A DNA stretch of 64,000 nt from Rozella allomycis CSF55 (taxonomy: Eukaryota). The notes beneath the pieces were generated by a model. The model had not been told where the DNA came from and did no database searches. It saw nothing but the letters and a program-made list of their open reading frames with translations. The position numbers were made by a program, and so were the translations under genes. Below are positions 58,101 through 64,000 of the stretch, piece by piece (positions within the stretch are counted from its first letter, which is position 1; the number at the start of each line of letters is the position of its first letter). Location of the stretch: positions 1-64,000 of the forward strand of contig KE561079.1 of the NCBI GenBank assembly GCA_000442015.1, read 5' to 3'.

Positions 58101-60296
58101 CTCAACTGTTTCAAGAATTATTAGCGTCCAAACCAGATGAAAATTATCAAGATCCCCATGATTTAGCTGCAATAAAGTACGCAATGGCTAACATGGGTGA
58201 TTATAAACTTAAAAGTAGTTCAAACTATATTGTGCCAGAGAATGAAAGAATAAACGCAGACAAAAAGAAGAAACAAATGACTCTTTTAAAGGAAAGCATT
58301 AGAACCTTAAAACAAGTAATATTCAGTTATGCCATTCAAAGGACTTTAATTCTCAGATTTTTAAATTAAAGTCGTTTAAGGGTTTGCTAATAGAAGAAAT
58401 AAAGTCAAAGAATGAATTAATTAAAAAAATAAACAAGGAATTGTCTGAATTGGATGATAACGTAGATTTCCAAATTTGGGAACCTGAAAATGACCAGGGT
58501 TTACAATTTGAAAAGCGATTTGAAATAACGCAAGAAGAACTTGAAAACTCTAGTAAAATATATTTTTATTTCTAATTTGAAAATAAACCAAACTCGAATG
58601 ATAATGAAAATATTTTGGGCACAAATTTACCGACGCAGATAATCCTACCTGAAGATAAACAAGAAAAGAAGAAACAAAATGTTAAAAAGAAGAATGAAAA
58701 TGCATTGATAATGGAAGAAAAAAAGAGAAAAATAGAAAACTTAATTGAAATAAGAACAAACTTGAAAAGAGAAATAGATTCAGCAGTTGATGATTTTGAT
58801 TCAACTTTGAATGATATAAGAAAGGATAGAGTTCTTTTAGAAGGGGATTTAATTGCTTGTGAAATGAAATATTTATTACTTTTCAAAGAATGGCAACTCT
58901 TGAAAGAATTTGAAGTCAATGATAATCTATTAGCTGATAAACTAAAACACAAAAGAAATGAAAAAACTGAAATATCTGGAAAGCTTAATGAATGCCAAGA
59001 GAAATTAATTGTTAAAAAAGTTCAAGTTGAAAATATTGTGAAAAATGGGAAAAATATTTTCGATCAATTTCTTCAACTCATTGGAGAAAACAATAAAAAT
59101 GAAGAATTCCTCACAAAACTCTTTAAAAGGAAAATTAAACGATCAAAAAAGAATTCAATTTCTTCTACAAATGATGATAATGGTAAACATCCTTTTTTCA
59201 GTTTATTAGAATCTTCTGATGACGATGAATTAGATTTTGATGACGATTCATTCGATGAAGAAAATGATGAAGATGAATTCGACGAAAATTGTCCAAAGGA
59301 TTGCGATTCCGAAATTTACAATCAAGTTTTAACTTTAAGAGAAAAACGTTTAGATCAAGAAGATTTACTAAATGAAATTCAAAAATCAGTCGAAGTAAAT
59401 AAATTATTTTATTTTTTATTTGTCAATGAAAAAAGATCATGAATCCTTGTTGAAAAAGGAAAAGATCATTGATTCTTCATTAAGCCAAATAGAAAAGGAA
59501 ATTCAAGAATTTCAATTCCAAAAACAACAAAAATTAAATGAATTAGACATCATTGTCCCTCTTCGCTTAAATCAATTAGAAATATCAGATGATTCAATAT
59601 CTCAAGCCCTGGTATTTACAAAACAAGGAATCGCCAAACTAAAGCAAAGAAATATTGATTTGAATCAAGTAAAAGACTCATGCATCTTCAATCAAAGGAA
59701 AAATCTGAAATCAAAAGAAATCATCGCGACTTGAAGAAAATGCACGTGAGTCTTATAAAATCCAAAAAGGAAAAGCAATCCAAAGTATTTCACATTAATT
59801 AAAATAATAAAGTTGCTTGAATTAGAAGCAAAAGCTCATGATGTTCAAATGCTAAAATTTGGCAGAATAATCGATTTGGACAAATTAGAACGAATGAGCA
59901 CTAACAAAGCCCTGGATGAAGCAAAAGAAAAAAATCAACAAGAAGAATTAAAAAGAAAAAAAGAATTGGAAGATCTTGAAGTAATGTTTACCAAACATCT
60001 CCAAAGGATCAAATATATCAACTTCGAGAAGATCTGATTAATGTTACAAGAGAAAACACTAGCAAAATGGAAACATTTATTAATTTAACAACTTCAAAAA
60101 GAGACCTTGAGACAGCCTTGAACCAGAAACAAAAAATCATGGTAAGAAATTCTTCATTTTAAAACAGACATCCAAATATAAAGGTTTGGAAAATATGGAT
60201 AATAAAGACATAAATCATCTCAAAGAAATCGCTCGCAAGCAATCATCAGAAATTAAAATGCTAAAACAATTGATTCATGATTACGTCAAAAAATAA
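55155..60296 (+). CDS. CFAP44: Cilia- and flagella-associated protein 44 (WDR52), multi-exon
   Basis: [45 protein letters not shown]..YIVPE, acidic CP..CD motif and coiled-coil tail with QMLKFG. Confidence 0.93.
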
Positions 60297-60890
60297 TAAA
60301 CAATTTTTACTCTCTACGATGATACACTTCATTTTGTTTTTTATAAATAAAAGTGTTAAAGTTTAAATCAAATATGTTGAGAATTTGGGTGCAGGGAGTT
60401 CTTCACACCTAAGGTTGTCAATGGCGCGGCTAAACGTCTGGCTTGGCAACTGGCAAGTAAGTAAGAATGTTAGTTAATTTATTTACCAGTAGTTTACGGT
60501 CCTATATGGGGTTCCCAGTCTCCAGATGGTAAGTCACCGAGATGCGGTTGCGGAAAAGGACTGCCAGCCATTTTACAACCATCCAGAACTGAGAGCAGCA
60601 AAGAAACAAAAAGCCGGCAAGGAAACCGCCAATCTTTCCAGGGTCGATGAAGAGATACCGATGGATTTGATTTGGACAGCGTCATTGCCCAACCGAAGAG
60701 GTGGAAGTTGATGTATCCAAAAAGATTGGGAATTCACCAAGTGCAATAAAGTCTTCTGATTATTTGGATTGTTCATTAATGTCGTTACCTTGTACGGACT
60801 TGGTTCTTCAGAGGTAGAGACAATCGCTCTACTTCTGCATTGCTCGATCACTTTGGTTTATTTGGAATGAAGTCTGAGTCTAATGCAAGG

Positions 60891-61084
60891 TGTCGTACCA
60901 GGGATTCTCATCCCACATTTCACAGAGGGATTCTCATCCCATACATCTTAGAATAATTATCAAAGAGAGGAGTCACTATTTATAGAAAAGACCAACATAT
61001 AAAACTCTAAGGAGATATCAATAAATAGAACGGAGGGTAATCCATTCTCAATCGACATCAGTTTTAACTCTTTTTATCTTACGA
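60891..61084 (+). mobile_element. LTR-like repeat copy 1 (about 60-bp internal deletion relative to copy 3)
   Basis: Starts TGTCGTACCAGGG and ends CTTACGA; homologous to copies at 61619 and 61902. Confidence 0.7.
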
Positions 61085-61618
61085 TTAAACCTAACATACA
61101 ACAAACAATCAAATCCTTAGATGATAATAAAACAAATTCAACCTACTTCGATTTTCTCACCTCACTGAAGCATATGCAGATCATTTGAAAGACCACCTAA
61201 AACCTGTATCAATCCATAAAAAGATTTTGTACACTTCCTAATGCATTCATAAGGATCCATACAGGCGACACCCCCAGCCTTCAAGACATAATATCCCACC
61301 GTCTTAAACCAATAGTGACTGAACAAGTTGAAAAATGGACGAAAAATGGTTTGATTAAGCAACTGAATGGACATTCTGGATTGGAATAGTTCCTGGCTCG
61401 TTGTAGCTAATGTCGCGGACGATCTTGAATTAATATCGGTACAATTTGTGTTCGAGACTTNATTTTTGGCCTGAAGGAAGCATAAATCATATCTCCGAAC
61501 CTCTCTAAAATATATCACGTTATAAATAAATTATTTTAAAGAATAAAGTTACGGTTACCGAGCGATTTCCGATAATATACTATTTCTTTTTCCTTAAATT
61601 TTCTATGAAGGATACTAT

Positions 61619-62156
61619 TGTCGTACCAGGGATTCTCATCCCATATTTCACAGAGGGATTCTCATCCCATACATCTTAGAATAATTATCAAAGAGAGGAG
61701 TCATAATTCTCAANTCATCAACATACACATACTAATCAAGTAAATCATCCCTTATGATGCTTGGATATACATTATTATCATATATATGTACAAAGAATGG
61801 TACTTTACCTGCGGGATAATCTTCATTTTCAGGAATGGAACTATCGAAAGAGATAGGAAATTTCAATATCTTAAACGCCTCCAGATACTGGAAGGGGGTA
61901 ATGTCGTACCAGGGATTTTCATCGCATCTCATAGAGGGATTTTCATCCCACCTTCCTTAGAATAATTATCAAAGAGAAAAGTCATAACTCTCAAAGGATC
62001 TCTTAATCCTGACGGATCTCTATTCTGATACTAATTATAGAAAGGGATACTATTTATAGAAAAGACCCACATATAAAACTCTAAGGAGATATCAATAAAT
62101 AGAACGGAGGATAATCCATTCTCAATCGACATCTGTTTTTACTTTTTATCTTACGA
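61619..62156 (+). mobile_element. LTR retrotransposon remnant: 5' LTR (61619-61713, cut by N), 3' internal end with polypurine tract, and 3' LTR (61902-62156)
   Basis: GGAAGGGGGTAA immediately precedes TGTCGTA at 61902; the LTR contains TATTTATA and AATAAA; flanks ACTAT/ATTAT resemble a 5-bp TSD. Confidence 0.7.
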
Positions 62157-62315
62157 ATTATTATCCAATTTACGAGGATTAAGGTTCTATGAGCGCATGG
62201 AGCGACAAAAGGGAAACTGGATCAACATAAAAGTAGATGCAGATATGCCTCATATACATGCGTTGATTGCCTTGTTCATTTTAAAGGAACTGAATATAGA
62301 TCCCATACAACTTGT

Positions 62316-62648
62316 ATGACCGAGGCTGAAAAATATCAAGGAAAAGACTATAAAGGGCCCAAAACCAATAATAATGACACTAATAAAATAAAACCCGAAA
62401 CGGTTGTAAAGTCTGATGTAAGTAAAGAGGAAAATATTGCTGAAAATGATGAAAATAAAATAGATCTCAAATCTATGACAAAAAATATATTTGAAAACTC
62501 GAAGGTATCACTATTTTTATCTCAAAATGTAGTCTATGACTTTAAGCACTTTTCAAAAGAAGTTGGTAAGCAAATTAACAGCTGGTCGAATGGAAAAGAA
62601 AAAGGCCAAATCATTCATAAAGAAACATGTAAAAATAATCAAAGTTAA
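62316..62648 (+). CDS. Hypothetical Lys/Asn-rich ORF, possibly a gene fragment
   Basis: 110-aa ORF only; no recognisable motif. Confidence 0.25.
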   Translation: MTEAEKYQGKDYKGPKTNNNDTNKIKPETVVKSDVSKEENIAENDENKIDLKSMTKNIFENSKVSLFLSQNVVYDFKHFSKEVGKQINSWSNGKEKGQIIHKETCKNNQS

Positions 62649-62750
62649 TAATAGATTTTAATCAAGTTTGAGGAAGAGCACATAGGATTACATTTTAAAT
62701 AACAATAAACCGCACATTTTCTGTAACTAAGGATATTGCATTCCTTTGGC

Positions 62751-64000
62751 ATGAAATCCTTCGCATTATTAGGTATTCTTTATTTGGCATTTAATGTTAA
62801 ATGCTCACCGGCGTACTCAATATCAGGTAGTTTTGATATCATTTGAAAACAGGCGTGAAGTCGATGTTTAACGTATCACTGGCCGGTCCATCTTACAATA
62901 TGACCTCGGCATCTATGACAAAACTTTTAAACGGCATTTCTCAAGATTATGGTATTGGTTTATGGCTTAACTTATCAACTCTCTTCAGGACAACTGTTCA
63001 ACCACTTGATAATATCGCTTTCCTTGATGAGAATAATGATCCAGATCCCACCATCGCAATGAATGAATTTTTGGTAAATACAAATCATATCAATTTTATA
63101 GCCTTCAATAATAATGACTACCGTTTGTTTTGCCCTATCCTTGGGGTGCATTTTTATCGCTCCATTTGTGTATTGCTGTTGCAAATGGCGAAGAAAAAAT
63201 TATGAAGCAAGTTTAAAAATACCACTGCTGTTTTTGTTCGTATTTTCGTCAATCTTAATGTAATATCCTTAGTCCTACTTAAAGAGTGCATGTATCGTAG
63301 TAAGCTTTCTAACTAATGATGTTTTTGGGTCTTCATTTCCCAGTATTTTTAATGCAACGAATAATTTAATAATTGTGGCAAACAATAAAGCCAGTGATAT
63401 AACATCATTGAGCAAAGGTATATTATTGACAATGGGACCAACAATTCTGAATTCTTTGCAGAAAATTGATCAGATTCCAGTTAATTCTTTAATTTCGAAT
63501 TTGACAAGCGAAGGGCACTCCCTAATCACTCAACTTGTTGTCCTGAAAAACAGTCTGGACACGACAAAGTCGAGTGGGGCAAATGTTATTCATCATTTTA
63601 ATCAACTCTCAAATTATTCTAGTATTTATCAAGTAGAAGCTTCTTCTACAGCTAACCTCTTAAATAATCTAACGCTAAACCAAACTGTTGGTCCGTATAA
63701 TAACATCACTTATTCCCTGTATTTGACGGGACCCCTAATTGACATTTCTATGTCTAACTCTTCCATTGATATTTCTGTTTTTTCAAATTCTTTAGATTCT
63801 TTGAATAATATCCCCAATATATCCACAATAATTACAAGCATCAACACCACCTTTCTTGATTTGAATGCAACAATTCACTCTACTATTTCTAATGTCACAG
63901 ATTCAACAAATACAGCTGTAAGAAACCAATTAGATGGAATAAATAACTCAGTCTTGCCCCTCATAAACAACAATTTAGGGCCCATCAATTTAATGCTATC
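62751..64000 (+). CDS. Multi-pass glycoprotein, prominin/tweety-like, runs off window end
   Basis: Signal peptide MKSFALLGILYLAFNVKC; TM followed by YCCCKWRRK; further TM; long Asn/Leu-rich helical ectodomain with many NxS/T. Confidence 0.45.

Noticed and set aside
21651-60296. Functional cluster of ciliary genes
   Set aside because: They are interspersed among unrelated housekeeping genes, as expected by chance in a compact genome of a flagellated organism.
60360-60890. GC-richer decayed ORF, possibly a transposase fragment
   Set aside because: Multiple stops and no motif I can assign with confidence.
60891-61990. CRISPR-like array from repeated GGGATTCTCATCCCA
   Set aside because: Eukaryotic context, no unique spacers and no cas genes; the units are internal to LTR copies.
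536-63184. Many antisense or alternate-frame ORFs in the track (e.g. 2130-2573, 34169-34546, 58572-58952)
   Set aside because: They shadow well-supported genes and have low-complexity Ser/Phe/Leu composition.

Overview
AT-rich, extremely gene-dense eukaryotic DNA with many tiny (about 22-31 nt) GT-AG introns, very short intergenic spacers, and single-N scaffold joins that often duplicate flanking sequence. Fungal-type housekeeping genes (Rrp14, Rrp15, Rtc3-like, Cox12, Ran1/Pat1 kinase, Ncl1/NSUN2, GPN3, RPL4) sit beside flagellar/ciliary genes (CFAP44, TOG-array protein, FAM149-like, SHIPPO-repeat-like). This points to a zoosporic early-diverging fungus, most consistent with Rozella (Cryptomycota); that assignment is an inference. 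About 40 protein genes, a partial tRNA-Gly(TCC), a decayed hAT transposon and LTR remnants are present. Most notable observations: (1) a family of signal-peptide proteins built from a repeated 4-Cys domain, with a TM helix and PY-motif (L/PPxY) tails; (2) a 7-exon PAXX-like NHEJ gene invisible to the ORF track, with an XLF-like gene in the same window; (3) a SET-domain-like insert flanked by a ~75-bp diverged direct repeat, sharing its stop codon and 3' end with the ABCA gene; (4) a GTGGCT/AGCCAC motif next to about 13 start codons; (5) an intronless hybrid histidine kinase with a FixL-type heme-PAS domain. All family calls are from motif recognition by eye; no searches were run.
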